In this document: piece after piece, positions 9,118 through 19,659 of the stretch
How positions within the stretch are numbered: the first letter of the stretch is position 1
Layout: every line of letters starts with the position of its first letter
Source of the DNA: Candidatus Caldarchaeum sp.
GTDB lineage: Archaea > Thermoproteota > Nitrososphaeria_A > Caldarchaeales > Caldarchaeaceae
Assembly: GCA_038885755.1 (NCBI GenBank)
Contig: JAVZZH010000001.1
Location: 256,001-320,000, forward strand
Reading direction: 5' to 3'
DNA length: 64,000 bases
Notes under the pieces: generated by a model
What the model was told of the DNA's origin: nothing
What the model saw: only the letters and a program-made list of their open reading frames with translations
Database searches by the model: none
Translations under genes and position numbers: made by a program

Positions 9118-9616
9118 CCTGCTTCAAACACGGCCCGCAGAAGCTTTCACTCTTCATGTCGACTTGCTGAACGTCGTTGCTGAAGTTCATCACGCATCCC
9201 GGAGTAGTGCAGTGAGAAAGCCCGAGGACATGACCAACCTCGTGAACAGCCTCCTTCAAGACTCGCGAAACGTAAAGCTCTTCGTCGAGCTCTGCCGAAG
9301 GCCTCAGCCTGTAGGTGGAGACGACCGCTGCCTTCCCCGGAGCGTATCCGAACACGTAGTTCAGCCCTTGGACATACAGGTCTCTGCCTGTGATGACAAG
9401 CGTGTAGTCCTCGACACGCCCTAGCTTCGCAAGCAGGTGGACGGCGTTGTACTGTCCTCTGGACGGGTTGTAGGAGGACTCCGCGTCTAGCTGTTCAACC
9501 ACGCGGACGACGACGTCAAACCCGAAGACCTTCTCCAGCTTCTGCTTCAATAACCCAGCCAGATAACCTTCCTCCTTCTCGAGAATAAGAACCAAACGCA
9601 TAATACCGAGATCCAT
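9098..9616 (-). CDS. Archaemetzincin-family zinc metalloprotease
   Basis: HEVGHVLGLSHC, CVMNFS and FCxxC motifs; RGQY and LNYVFG. Start uncertain (ATG 9616 or 9601). Confidence 0.9.
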   Translation of the reverse strand: MDLGIMRLVLILEKEEGYLAGLLKQKLEKVFGFDVVVRVVEQLDAESSYNPSRGQYNAVHLLAKLGRVEDYTLVITGRDLYVQGLNYVFGYAPGKAAVVSTYRLRPSAELDEELYVSRVLKEAVHEVGHVLGLSHCTTPGCVMNFSNDVQQVDMKSESFCGPCLKQVSVSRT

Positions 9617-9627
9617 TTCCTCGCTGC

Positions 9628-10215
9628 GTGATAATATGGATTTCGGGCTCCCCCGGAGTGGGCAAGACAACCGTCGGCAGGATGGTGGCGGCCAAGCTCG
9701 GGTACGACTTCGTCGACGTCCCCAGCCTAATTAGGGGGGAGAAGCTTGTAGAGTCTTTTGACGAGGTTAGGCAGGCGTGGACGGTCGACCCCGAAGCTCT
9801 GTCGAAGCACCTCGTCCGAAGTATTGTCGATGACTGTGTGCTGGCCAGCCACATAGTTCTTCCTCTGAAAAAGCGCAGGGCTAAATGCATAGTCCTCAGG
9901 CTTAACCCGTTAGTTTTGAAGAGAAGGCTTGAGAGGAGGGGCTACAGCCTCAAAAAGGTATCTGAGAACGTCGAGGCAGAGTTTGTCGGAGTGGTTTACC
10001 ACGAAGCTGTCGCAGCTCTGGGCTGGAGGAGGGTCTACCAGCTGGACACGACAGGCATGGGCGTCAAAGCCACAGCCGGTAAATGTCTAAAGGTTTTGGA
10101 CGGCGTCCACGGCGGCGACGAAGTCGACTGGCTCTCCTCTCTCCCTGAAAACCAGCTCGAGAAACTACTAAGCTTCCTCGCCAGATACAGACGAGTAGAC
10201 TTTTTTAACCACTAG
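9628..10215 (+). CDS. Adenylate kinase, AK6/Fap7 type
   Basis: Walker A GSPGVGKTT, ASH motif, LERRGY...KVSENVEAE. Confidence 0.85.
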   Translation: MIIWISGSPGVGKTTVGRMVAAKLGYDFVDVPSLIRGEKLVESFDEVRQAWTVDPEALSKHLVRSIVDDCVLASHIVLPLKKRRAKCIVLRLNPLVLKRRLERRGYSLKKVSENVEAEFVGVVYHEAVAALGWRRVYQLDTTGMGVKATAGKCLKVLDGVHGGDEVDWLSSLPENQLEKLLSFLARYRRVDFFNH

Positions 10216-10267
10216 GTCGCTTGACCATATCAGTAGTGGTTTTTGAACGCTGCGGAAGGTGTCTGGG

Positions 10268-12055
10268 ATGGTGTCCGACCACAGAGTGGCTGTGTTAGAC
10301 AGAGACCTTTGCGACTCGAAGAAGTGCGGGAACTGGCCCTGCATCACCTACTGCCCTCCCGTCAGGAACAAGATAGAGGCCATCAAGATGGGTGATGACG
10401 GATTCCCCATAATCAGCGAAACTCTGTGCATAAGCTGCGGCATATGCGTCAGGAAGTGTCCTTTCGAAGCCATCACGATCATCAACCTGCCCTCCGAGCT
10501 CCGTGAAAGCGTCGTACACCACTACGGAGTCAACAGCTTCAAGCTCTTCCGCCTCCCATACCCTAGGAAGGGAGCCGTTGTCGGTCTTCTGGGCAAGAAC
10601 GGCATCGGCAAGTCGACGGCCATCAAGATCTTGAGCGGACAGCTTGTTCCAAACTTCGGCGACCTCGAGAGGAAGCCGAGTTGGGAGGACGCGGTTAAGT
10701 TTCTACGAGCATCGCTCGTAAAGGACCATCTGGCCCAGCTTGCGAAAGGAGGGCTGAAGATCTCCTACAAGCCTCAGAACATCGTCGACATTCCCAAAGT
10801 CGTCAAAGGAACGGTTAGAACCGTCTTGGAGAAGCTCTCGACACCCGAGGAAGCAGCTAGGATTATGGAGGCTCTAGAGCTGGACACGGTTGCGGACAGA
10901 CAGGTGGAGCATTTGAGCGGGGGAGAGCTTCAGCGTCTCGCTGTAGCGGCATGCCTCCTCAGGAAAGCCGACATGTACGTTCTCGACGAGCCGTCCAGCT
11001 TCCTCGACATAAGGCAGAGGCTGCGGCTTGTTGAAGCCGTCAGGGAGGCTGTGCGCGGGGATGTGAAGGCCTTGGTGGCTGACCACGACCTAGCGGTGCT
11101 TGACTACTTGTCGGACATGGTCTTCATCTTCTACGGAGAGCCCTCCGTCTACGGGGTTGTCGCAGGTCCATACGGCGTGCGTGAGGGGATAAACATTTTC
11201 ATCGAGGGATACATACCGGACGAGAACGTCAGGTTCCGGGACGAGCGGATAGACTTTCAGGTAAAGCCTCCTACGAGGGAAGCCGAGGCGGATGTAAGCC
11301 GGATTACATGGCCTTCGATGACCAAGACGTTTCCGGGTTTCAGGCTTCGCGTGGACGAGGGATGGATCAAGAGAGGCGAGGTGGTTGGAATAATGGGGCC
11401 CAACGGCATCGGCAAGACTACGTTCGCCTCCATCGTGGCGGGAAGGCTCGAGACCGACGAGGGTTTCAGCTTCGACCCCAAGCCCGTCAGCTACAAGCCG
11501 CAGCATCCCCAGCCAGAGGACAAGACGGTCGAGGAGTTTTTGAGGGAAGCCTGTCCAGACATCGAATCCTCCTACTACCAGTCAACAATCGTAAAGCCTT
11601 TCGGGCTGGACAAGCTGCTCAGCAAAAACCTGCTCGAGCTAAGCGGTGGAGAGCTCCAGAAGGTTGTGGTTGCCCAAGCTTTGTCGAGGAAGGCCGACAT
11701 CTTCGTCCTTGACGAGCCGAGCGCCTTCCTAGACGTTGAGGAGAGGTATCACATGGCTAGGCTGCTCAAGAGGATGGCTCTTGAGCGGGGCGTCTACGTA
11801 CTTCTGATAGAGCATGACTTCACCGTCCTCGACTTCGCCTCTTCAGCCATCATGGTTTTTGACGGCACGCCTGGCGTTAACGGGCACGGTAATGCTCCGA
11901 CAGACCTCCGGACAGGCTTCAACCAATTCCTCAAATCCATGGAAGTGACTTTCAGGCGGGACCAAGAAACCAAACGCCCTCGGATAAACAAAAGAGACTC
12001 CCAGCTCGACCGTCTGCAGAAAGCCTCAGGCGAATACTACTATGCAGCGGTCTAA
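10268..12055 (+). CDS. rli: Ribosome recycling ATPase ABCE1/RLI
   Basis: N-terminal Fe-S Cys motifs, two ABC domains (GKNGIGKST and GPNGIGKTT, LSGGELQ twice) and C-terminal RPRINK...GEYY. Confidence 0.97.
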   Translation: MVSDHRVAVLDRDLCDSKKCGNWPCITYCPPVRNKIEAIKMGDDGFPIISETLCISCGICVRKCPFEAITIINLPSELRESVVHHYGVNSFKLFRLPYPRKGAVVGLLGKNGIGKSTAIKILSGQLVPNFGDLERKPSWEDAVKFLRASLVKDHLAQLAKGGLKISYKPQNIVDIPKVVKGTVRTVLEKLSTPEEAARIMEALELDTVADRQVEHLSGGELQRLAVAACLLRKADMYVLDEPSSFLDIRQRLRLVEAVREAVRGDVKALVADHDLAVLDYLSDMVFIFYGEPSVYGVVAGPYGVREGINIFIEGYIPDENVRFRDERIDFQVKPPTREAEADVSRITWPSMTKTFPGFRLRVDEGWIKRGEVVGIMGPNGIGKTTFASIVAGRLETDEGFSFDPKPVSYKPQHPQPEDKTVEEFLREACPDIESSYYQSTIVKPFGLDKLLSKNLLELSGGELQKVVVAQALSRKADIFVLDEPSAFLDVEERYHMARLLKRMALERGVYVLLIEHDFTVLDFASSAIMVFDGTPGVNGHGNAPTDLRTGFNQFLKSMEVTFRRDQETKRPRINKRDSQLDRLQKASGEYYYAAV

Positions 12056-12131
12056 AAACCTTAACATATTTTTACCACCCCTCAGTATGGGCAAAGTTTT
12101 ATACCTGCCGATTAGTGGTTGAAACTAGGCT

Positions 12132-14303
12132 ATGTCTTCGGTTAAGAAGAAGGAGCTGAGCCTGCGGGTCGCCGAGGCGAGGCAGCGGGACATAGGGCGT
12201 AAGATAGCCCGTGTGGACAGCATGGGGATGAAGGAGATAGAGCTGAGCCCGGGCGACTTGATAGAGATAACTGGCAGGAGGACGACCGTGGCGATCGTCT
12301 GGCCACCCTACAGGGAGGACGACGGCCAGGGAATCATACGCATAGACGGGGAGATAAGGAGGAACTCCGGGGTCAGCGTAGGAGAATATGTGAGGATTTC
12401 GAAGACCACGGCCAAGCCCGCGACGAAGATAGTCCTAGCGCCTTTCGAGCCCCTACCATTCGTGGGGGACTTCGGCAGGATAGTTCGGAGCCAGCTGCTC
12501 AACATGCCCGTCGCCAAGGGAGACGTGATAGTTGTCCCGGTTCTCGGAATGGGCGTAGAGCTCAAGGTGAGCTCAACAAGCCCTTCGCCAATCGTGATGG
12601 TGACTGAAGGGACAGTGGTCGAGATCAGCACTACTCCGGCGAAGAGGCTTGAGGAGGTTTCGGGCGTTTCCTACGAGGACATAGGAGGTCTTCACGACGA
12701 GCTTCAGCGTATCAGGGAGATGATCGAGCTTCCGCTCAAACATCCCGAGCTCTTCAAACACCTGGGGATCGAGCCTCCTAAGGGAGTCATACTCTACGGG
12801 CCTCCTGGAACAGGCAAGACGCTCATAGCGAAGGCCATCGCCAACGAGACCGGAGCCCACTTCGTCTCGATAAACGGGCCTGAAATCATGAGCAAGTTCT
12901 ACGGAGAGTCTGAGGCAAGGCTTAGGGAGGTGTTTCAGGAAGCTGAGCAGAACAGCCCCTCGATAATCTTCATCGACGAGCTCGACGCTATTGCGCCGAA
13001 GAGGGGAGAGGTGACTGGGGAGGTTGAGAGACGCGTAGTCTCCCAGCTGCTTACCCTGATGGACGGGTTGAAGAGCAGGGGGCAGGTTGTCGTGATAGGA
13101 GCAACCAACAGGATTGAGGCCATAGACCCGGCTCTGAGGAGGCCGGGAAGGTTTGACCGTGAGATAAGGATAGGCGTGCCCGACAGGAACGGGAGGAAGG
13201 AGATCCTGCTGATACACACTAGGAGGATGCCGCTGTCCGACGACGTTAACTTGGACGAGCTCGCTGAAATAACCCACGGCTTCGTCGGAGCCGACATAGC
13301 TGCGTTAACAAGGGAGGCGGCCATGAATGCTCTCAGAAGATACCTGCCGCAGATAGACTTGGAGAAAGAGGTCATCCCCGCCGACGTCCTCGAGAAGATT
13401 AAAGTCACTAGAGAGGACTTTGCCAACGCCCTCAAGACTATTCAGCCTTCAGCGCTCCGTGAAGTCGTGCTGGAGGTGCCGAACGTCAAGTGGGAGGATA
13501 TCGGAGGGCTGGAGGCTGTTAAGCAGGAGCTGAGGGAGGCTGTGGAGTGGCCGCTCAAGTACCCCGATGTATTCAGAAGGCTCGGAATCAGGCCTCCAAG
13601 GGGGATTCTGCTGTACGGCCCGCCCGGAACAGGCAAAACTTTGCTGGCTAAGGCTGTGGCTACGGAGAGTCAGGCGAACTTCATCAGCGTCAAAGGCCCT
13701 GAAGTCCTGTCGAAGTGGGTGGGAGAGTCTGAGAAGGCTATCAGAGAGATCTTCAGGAAGGCTAGGGAGACAGCTCCATGCATAATCTTCTTCGACGAGC
13801 TCGACTCAATAGCGCCGAGAAGAGGCATCCATACAGACGCCGGCGTGACCGACAGAATCGTCAACCAGTTGTTGACAGAGATGGATGGGATGCAGACTCT
13901 GAAGGGCGTGGTCGTAATGGGCGCCACGAACAGGCCGGACATACTCGACCCAGCTCTGCTCCGACCCGGAAGGTTCGACAGAGTGTTGTATGTTCCTCCG
14001 CCCGACAGAGCTTCAAGGCTCGCGATATTCAAGATCCATACACGTGAAATGCCTCTCGACGCCGACGTAGACCTCGAATCCTTGGCTTCCATCACGGAGG
14101 GATACACAGGGGCTGACATAGAGGCCGTTGTGAGGGAGGCGGCTATGCTCGCCGCCAGAGAGAACATCAACGCTCAGAAGGTTTCGATGGCTCATTTCGA
14201 GAAGGCTTTGCTGAAGATCAAGCCCAGCGTCGGAGTGGAGGAGAAAGCCGAGTACGAGAAGATCGTCAGCAACTTCAAGAAATCCATGGCATACATCGGG
14301 TAG
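12132..14303 (+). CDS. cdc48: CDC48/VCP-family AAA+ ATPase
   Basis: N-domain plus two AAA modules (GPPGTGKT twice, DELD, RPGRFDR twice) and C-terminal MAYIG. TATA-like TTTTATA near 12097. Confidence 0.97.
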   Translation: MSSVKKKELSLRVAEARQRDIGRKIARVDSMGMKEIELSPGDLIEITGRRTTVAIVWPPYREDDGQGIIRIDGEIRRNSGVSVGEYVRISKTTAKPATKIVLAPFEPLPFVGDFGRIVRSQLLNMPVAKGDVIVVPVLGMGVELKVSSTSPSPIVMVTEGTVVEISTTPAKRLEEVSGVSYEDIGGLHDELQRIREMIELPLKHPELFKHLGIEPPKGVILYGPPGTGKTLIAKAIANETGAHFVSINGPEIMSKFYGESEARLREVFQEAEQNSPSIIFIDELDAIAPKRGEVTGEVERRVVSQLLTLMDGLKSRGQVVVIGATNRIEAIDPALRRPGRFDREIRIGVPDRNGRKEILLIHTRRMPLSDDVNLDELAEITHGFVGADIAALTREAAMNALRRYLPQIDLEKEVIPADVLEKIKVTREDFANALKTIQPSALREVVLEVPNVKWEDIGGLEAVKQELREAVEWPLKYPDVFRRLGIRPPRGILLYGPPGTGKTLLAKAVATESQANFISVKGPEVLSKWVGESEKAIREIFRKARETAPCIIFFDELDSIAPRRGIHTDAGVTDRIVNQLLTEMDGMQTLKGVVVMGATNRPDILDPALLRPGRFDRVLYVPPPDRASRLAIFKIHTREMPLDADVDLESLASITEGYTGADIEAVVREAAMLAARENINAQKVSMAHFEKALLKIKPSVGVEEKAEYEKIVSNFKKSMAYIG

Positions 14304-14409
14304 AGACTACAGAGGTATAACGCAGAAATCCCCTAGATAGTGGAGCATGTGCCGGATGCGCTGAAGCGATAAATATGCGTGGCTTGAAGAGGGCGGTGAG
14401 GTACAAAAA

Positions 14410-15030
14410 ATGCGAGCACCTTGGAGAAGGGAGCAAGTCGACAGACAAGCCTACGTGCAGCCGGTTCGCTACCAAGACAGAATGCTGGAGGTCTTGACGC
14501 AGCTGAAGATCCAGAACGAGAAGCTCAACAGAACGATCGAGAGGCTGAAGCACCGCGGCAAGGAGTTGTTTGAGCAGTGCGTCAGAGCGGAGCAGGAGAA
14601 GGACACCGCTAGGGCGACGATCTACGCTAACGAAATAGCTCAGCTCCGTAAAATGACGAGGACTCTTCTAGCCAGCCACATGTCTCTCGACAAGGTTGTC
14701 TTGAGGCTCGAGACCGTCAAAGAATTCGGGGACGTCATGCACGTTTTAGGCCCGGCGACGCAGATCATCAAGCAGGTTCAGCACGAGATCTCAGGCATAG
14801 TGCCCGAGGTCGCCCACAGCTTGAAGAGGGTTGACGAGATGCTGGAAAGCATCATAATCGAGGCAGGCAACGTCACAGGCGGAAGCGTGTACGTCTCGGT
14901 GAGCGACCCAGAGGCACAGAAGATCATGGAGGAGGCCGCTGAAGTAGCTGCCCAGAGGATGAAGAGCAACTTCCCCGAACTCCCCGAGACATATCAGCAC
15001 CTCGAGACGGCTGCGGAGAAAATCGACTAA
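14410..15030 (+). CDS. ESCRT-III / CdvB-family (Snf7 domain) protein
   Basis: Helical 206-aa protein with RATIYANEIAQLRK, LRLETVKEFGD and EAQKIMEEA...FPELP signatures. No C-terminal winged helix. Confidence 0.85.
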   Translation: MRAPWRREQVDRQAYVQPVRYQDRMLEVLTQLKIQNEKLNRTIERLKHRGKELFEQCVRAEQEKDTARATIYANEIAQLRKMTRTLLASHMSLDKVVLRLETVKEFGDVMHVLGPATQIIKQVQHEISGIVPEVAHSLKRVDEMLESIIIEAGNVTGGSVYVSVSDPEAQKIMEEAAEVAAQRMKSNFPELPETYQHLETAAEKID

Positions 15031-15923
15031 CCTCTCTCCTCAATTTTTTTGAAAGAGTTTGTTGGAGCCACTCCCCTAAACAGCTCTGGATGTATTATCT
15101 CGGCAAGGATTAGAACCGCCTCTCCAATCGAGGGCCCGTGTCTGCTGAAATACTTGTCAGCGTCTACAGCGTAAAGGTTTTTGTCCTCGACTGCTTTCAA
15201 CGCCGCCGTCCAAGGCTGCTCAACGAACCTCAGCAGTTCCTCGTAGCTGCTGTCCAGATGAACGCCGCAAGGACCTGCGACAAGCTTCTCGGGATTGTGG
15301 GCCAGTATTTCATCCGGCTTCAGACGTCTGGAGTGAACTCCCTTAACCCCGAGGTCCAGCCCGCCGGCCAGCTCCACCAGCTCGGGAACCCAGTGGCCCG
15401 CCGAGAAAGGTGGGAAAAGCCATTCGAGAAAAGCAACACGAACCCTCGCAAGCCCTCCGACAGCTTCCTTGACGCGGTCGATCTTCTCAGTTATGCTTTC
15501 GACGACTTCTAGGGCCTCGGCCTCCCTTTTGAGCAGCCGGCCTATCAAGAGAATGTCTTGAAGAATCTCGTCAACACTGCGAGGGTTAAGCTCGACGACG
15601 GGCGCCACCCTCCTCAGGCTCTCGCCGAACCTCCTCGTGGTTGCTGCACAAACGTCGCAGACACCCTGAGCTATGATGAGGTCTGGTTTCAGGCTCTCTA
15701 TTCTATCGAGGTCGAGGGCGTAGAGAGGAAGTCCCGACGCGTTAGCCATGGATACTGTCTTGTCCACCTGTTCAGGGGAGAGGCCCTCGGTTCTGACGAG
15801 AGGCATGACAACGACGGGCTTTGAGCTGAGGCCGCATGCATAGGTGGCGGCTGCAATTTCATCGCCGGCACCCAACGCGACCATGATGTCCGTGGCGCTC
15901 GGAACCAAAGATACAACCCTCAT
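15027..15923 (-). CDS. BtuF-like (cobalamin/Fe-siderophore-type) substrate-binding protein
   Basis: MRVVSLVPSAT, PDLII, CDVCA, LEWLFPPFSAGHWVPE and YFSRHGP motifs. Confidence 0.75.
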   Translation of the reverse strand: MRVVSLVPSATDIMVALGAGDEIAAATYACGLSSKPVVVMPLVRTEGLSPEQVDKTVSMANASGLPLYALDLDRIESLKPDLIIAQGVCDVCAATTRRFGESLRRVAPVVELNPRSVDEILQDILLIGRLLKREAEALEVVESITEKIDRVKEAVGGLARVRVAFLEWLFPPFSAGHWVPELVELAGGLDLGVKGVHSRRLKPDEILAHNPEKLVAGPCGVHLDSSYEELLRFVEQPWTAALKAVEDKNLYAVDADKYFSRHGPSIGEAVLILAEIIHPELFRGVAPTNSFKKIEERG

Positions 15924-16003
15924 CGACTGACTCCCGGGCCTAATGTTTTTAAGACTTTCCACGGAAGGCAAAAGGTGATATAAGACATACTCAGCGTGTT
16001 GAC

Positions 16004-16792
16004 GTGGATTTCCATCAAGCCGTACTCCTCGGCGTTCTGCAGGGCTTCGCCGAATGGCTTCCCGTCAGCAGCGAAGGTCTAACAACGCTGGTCGGCAAAA
16101 CGTTCTACGGACAGAGCCTTGAGAGGGCTCTCGGAACATCCATATGGCTTCACGCGGGAACGCTTCTGGCGGCCTGCGTCTACTTTCGGAGAGACCTTAG
16201 GTCGGTCGCCGTCGGAGTCTTCAGGGATGGGCAGGGAAGAGTTCTCCTCAAGTTTCTCACAACCGCTACCCTAGCCTCGGCAGCCACAGCCATCCCGTCG
16301 CTAACCCTGTTGAGAAACCTAGTCGTGCCAGACAGCGTGTTCACCATAAGCATAGGACTCCTCATCCTAGCCGTGGCCTTACTCAGCAAAAACATACGCC
16401 CCAGAGCAGAAGCAGCCGGTCTTACATACTCGGCGTCGGTCGTGGTCGGTCTGGTTCAAGGGCTGTCGATAATTCCGGGCGTAAGCAGGTCAGGAGTCAC
16501 GATCGCTGCTTTGCTCGTTCTCGGCTTCGGCCTAGCCGACTCCATCAGGCTCAGCTATCTTCTCAGCATCCCAGCCACAGCCGGGGCCCAGATAGCCCTC
16601 CCACTCTACTTCGGAATAGGTCAGATAACTCCTGAGATGGTGGCGGGGGCGGCTGCAGCCATGGCCGTGGGCTTGACGACTATAAGCCTGCTGATTAGGG
16701 CAAGCCTAGGAAGGGACTTCAGGAAAGCCGCAGTGGTGGTCGGCTCGTTGATAGTCGCGGCGGGCCTGCTCTTCCATTACCTAGGCGGGTAG
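16004..16792 (+). CDS. uppP: Undecaprenyl-diphosphate phosphatase (BacA/UppP)
   Basis: QGFAEWLPVSSEG, HAGT and PGVSRSG motifs; multi-pass membrane protein. Confidence 0.9.
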   Translation: MDFHQAVLLGVLQGFAEWLPVSSEGLTTLVGKTFYGQSLERALGTSIWLHAGTLLAACVYFRRDLRSVAVGVFRDGQGRVLLKFLTTATLASAATAIPSLTLLRNLVVPDSVFTISIGLLILAVALLSKNIRPRAEAAGLTYSASVVVGLVQGLSIIPGVSRSGVTIAALLVLGFGLADSIRLSYLLSIPATAGAQIALPLYFGIGQITPEMVAGAAAAMAVGLTTISLLIRASLGRDFRKAAVVVGSLIVAAGLLFHYLGG

Positions 16793-17370
16793 AGACCTCC
16801 AGTCTTACGCAGCCGTGCATGCTCGTTAAGCCTGCGGTAAACCGCTCCATGCGGAGCCCCCTCAATCAAAGACCTGACAGCGTCCTCGGCTGCTTTGACG
16901 TCGCTGTACCTACCTATTATCCCCACCGTATCTCCGTAGACGGATACATGGACCTGACAAGTCTCCTCTATGATTCGGCGTGTCTTACCCATGCTTCCTA
17001 TGATGCGTGCCTTGACACGCGTCAAGTGGTTGAAGTTGTCGCCGACGTACTCCGTCAAGTCTAGGACAGCCAGCACGTAGTCGTCCATGAACAGCTTGAA
17101 AGCCTTCTCAGGCGTGAAGCCTCTGGCTATGGCTGTTATCACGTCCCTGGCCTTGAACAACGACGTGGGGTCTCCTCCTGCGCCGGGAGGCTGGGCAAGG
17201 TTAATCACAACCGTCCCCTCGCCGCTGTTGATGTCAAGCCTCACGCCCAACTCTCTCTCAATCCTTGTCTTGACGGACCCGCCCTCTCCTATCAAAACCC
17301 CCACCCGCTCCTTGGGGACGTTGACGACGAACGAAGCCTGCGTTATCTCCCTTTCAGCCCGACGCATCAA
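16777..17370 (-). CDS. KH-domain rRNA-processing protein Dim2/Pno1
   Basis: RVGVLIG, AIARGF, ARIIGSMGKTR and GAPHGAVY motifs. Coupled to rio1 by a TTGA overlap. Confidence 0.9.
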   Translation of the reverse strand: MMRRAEREITQASFVVNVPKERVGVLIGEGGSVKTRIERELGVRLDINSGEGTVVINLAQPPGAGGDPTSLFKARDVITAIARGFTPEKAFKLFMDDYVLAVLDLTEYVGDNFNHLTRVKARIIGSMGKTRRIIEETCQVHVSVYGDTVGIIGRYSDVKAAEDAVRSLIEGAPHGAVYRRLNEHARLRKTGGLYPPR

Positions 17371-18164
17371 TTTCCCCTCCGTATCATTTCGAGAGTAGAG
17401 TCGGCGTCAACTGAAAGCCCTGCTTTGTTGAAGAACCCGCAGAGGACGTTAACACCGTGTTGGAGGGATTTCTCGGCAAGAGGATGGTCCAGACGAACCG
17501 CTTGAGCCAAGTCGATCAAGTAAACCTCCAACCCTTTTCCAACCATGATGTTGTACTGGCTTAGGTCTCCGTGCACCATTCCCGCGTCTCTGTACATCCT
17601 TCCTAGAACGTCAACCAGCCGCTCGTAAATCTTCTCAAGCTCATCCAGCTCAAACTTCTCCTCGTGAAGCAGAGGAAGCCTCACTCCGTTCTCGCCTAGA
17701 AACTCCATCACGAGGATGTTCCGAAGCTGGTGGAAGGGCCTCGGAACAGGCAGGCCTGCGTTGAAGGCATCAACTAGATTGGCGTATTCTCTCTCCGACC
17801 ACAGGTAGACGAAACGCCTGAAGTCTCTGGGGATTTTCTTAAACCTCGGGTCGTTGACGACGTACTGGAGCCTGTTCCGCCTGAATTCAGCTGAGGAGAC
17901 GAGATAGATCTTGACAGCGTATTCCTCGCCGTTCCATCCTAGCCCGTGGTAGACTCGAGATTCCTTGCCCGAGCTAACGACACCCCTCAACTCCTTGAGC
18001 TTCTTCGCGTTAAGCATTTCGTACAGAGACATCAAAGTCTGCCTGTCGAAAACCTCCTCGAGGCTCTCGTCAAGCTCAGACCTCTTCTCCAAGTATCTCT
18101 GCTCCCTCTCCCTCGCGAACTCCCTCCTAGCGACCCTTTTCTCCACTCTACCCCAAGCCGTCAA
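17367..18164 (-). CDS. rio1: RIO1 serine kinase/ATPase
   Basis: SSGKESRVY, AVKIY, HGDLSQYNI and IDLAQAV motifs. Confidence 0.92.
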   Translation of the reverse strand: MTAWGRVEKRVARREFAREREQRYLEKRSELDESLEEVFDRQTLMSLYEMLNAKKLKELRGVVSSGKESRVYHGLGWNGEEYAVKIYLVSSAEFRRNRLQYVVNDPRFKKIPRDFRRFVYLWSEREYANLVDAFNAGLPVPRPFHQLRNILVMEFLGENGVRLPLLHEEKFELDELEKIYERLVDVLGRMYRDAGMVHGDLSQYNIMVGKGLEVYLIDLAQAVRLDHPLAEKSLQHGVNVLCGFFNKAGLSVDADSTLEMIRRGN

Positions 18165-18232
18165 CTCGTTCCTGAATAATGGGCGTGGTGGTGGGATAAA
18201 ACCATAAAGACCCCGCGACGTTTTGTTGTTGC

Positions 18233-19612
18233 ATGTCGGCTGAGGAGAGAGTTTACAAGCTGGTTGACGTGGACAGCTTTACACCCGTCGCCTCAGGCGT
18301 GGAAAGCGGTTCGGCGGAGAGGAGGCCGGGAGACGGCGTCGTTGCCGGAACCGGCATGGTCGACGGAAGGCCTGTGGCTGTTTGTGCGACGGAACCATCG
18401 TTCCTGAAAGGCTCTGTCGGGGTTGAGGGGGCGAGGAAATTGACTAGCCTGTTCAGCCATGCGCAGAGGCTGGGCGTACCCGTCGTCCTCCTTTCCGACT
18501 CTTCTGGTGCCAGGGTGAATGAGGGGCAGCCTGTTCTTCAAGCCCTGGCGGAGTTGCTGTTGAAGGTCGTGGAGGCTCGGCGCTACATACCTGTGATCAC
18601 GGCTGTGCTGGGCGGCTGCGCCGGCGCCATGTCTGTGCTCGCGGGGCTTAGCCACTTGGTCGTAGGCTGTAAGGAGAAAGGCTACATGTTTCTTTACGGC
18701 CCTAGAGCGGTGAAACACCTCGTCGGAGAGGAAGTAGAGCTGTCAAGGCTGGGAGACCTTGAAAACCTATCGGCCAAAGCCGGAACCGTCCACATAATCG
18801 CGGAGGACGAGGACTCAACCATAAAAACCGTCAAACATCTTCTTCAGCTCCTGCCTCAAAACTCTTCGCAAACCCCGGAACAGAAACCGTTCACAGACCC
18901 GCCTGACCGGCTGATTCCCGAGAAAGTTTTCGAGGAAGAGTCATCTAAGCTCGTGTCTGAAGTATGCGACAGAGGGTCCTGTATCGAGCTGAGACCCACG
19001 TACGGAAGGGCTGTGTCCACTGTTCTGGGGAGACTGTCTGGACTCCCGGCGGGCTTCGTCGCGTCGAACCATTTCTACAACAAGGGGTTGATCGACAGGG
19101 AAGCAGCCGTCAAGACATCGGAGTTCGTCGAGCTCTGCAGCCTTTTCAACATACCCGTCATAACGTTGGTCAACACGCCGGGTTTTTCGGTAGGTCTTTC
19201 CCATGAGGAGGCCGGGATTCTAAGGCATGTGGCGCAGGTGGTGAGAGCCTACGCTGGCTGCCGCGCACCAAAGATAGCTGTAATAGCTGGCCGGGCCTAC
19301 GGAGCAGCTTACATCGCCATGGGCAGCAGGTTTCTGGGAGCTGACTACGTCTACGCAACCCCCCAAGCAGAGGTTGCGACGATGCCGCCCGAAGCCATCG
19401 TAGAGACAATCCACAGCAAGAAACTCACTACGATGACGGAGGAGGAAAAACAGGCGCTGGTAGACCAGGAGAAGATTAAATCCTCATCACAGACGCTTCT
19501 ATCAAACGGCCTTGTAGACGAGATAATAGATAAACAACACCTACGGAGCAAGCTAGCCATAACACTCCTAAACATCTACAAAGTCCGCGGGCAGGGTCAA
19601 GCCCTCGTTTGA
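18233..19612 (+). CDS. Acyl-CoA carboxylase carboxyltransferase subunit (divergent)
   Basis: DGVVAG, DSSGARVNEG, NTPGF and AYGAAYIAM motifs. Confidence 0.8.
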   Translation: MSAEERVYKLVDVDSFTPVASGVESGSAERRPGDGVVAGTGMVDGRPVAVCATEPSFLKGSVGVEGARKLTSLFSHAQRLGVPVVLLSDSSGARVNEGQPVLQALAELLLKVVEARRYIPVITAVLGGCAGAMSVLAGLSHLVVGCKEKGYMFLYGPRAVKHLVGEEVELSRLGDLENLSAKAGTVHIIAEDEDSTIKTVKHLLQLLPQNSSQTPEQKPFTDPPDRLIPEKVFEEESSKLVSEVCDRGSCIELRPTYGRAVSTVLGRLSGLPAGFVASNHFYNKGLIDREAAVKTSEFVELCSLFNIPVITLVNTPGFSVGLSHEEAGILRHVAQVVRAYAGCRAPKIAVIAGRAYGAAYIAMGSRFLGADYVYATPQAEVATMPPEAIVETIHSKKLTTMTEEEKQALVDQEKIKSSSQTLLSNGLVDEIIDKQHLRSKLAITLLNIYKVRGQGQALV

Positions 19613-19659
19613 AAGAAGATAAGACTTCACAGCAGGGTAGCAGATAAAAAACACAAGTG

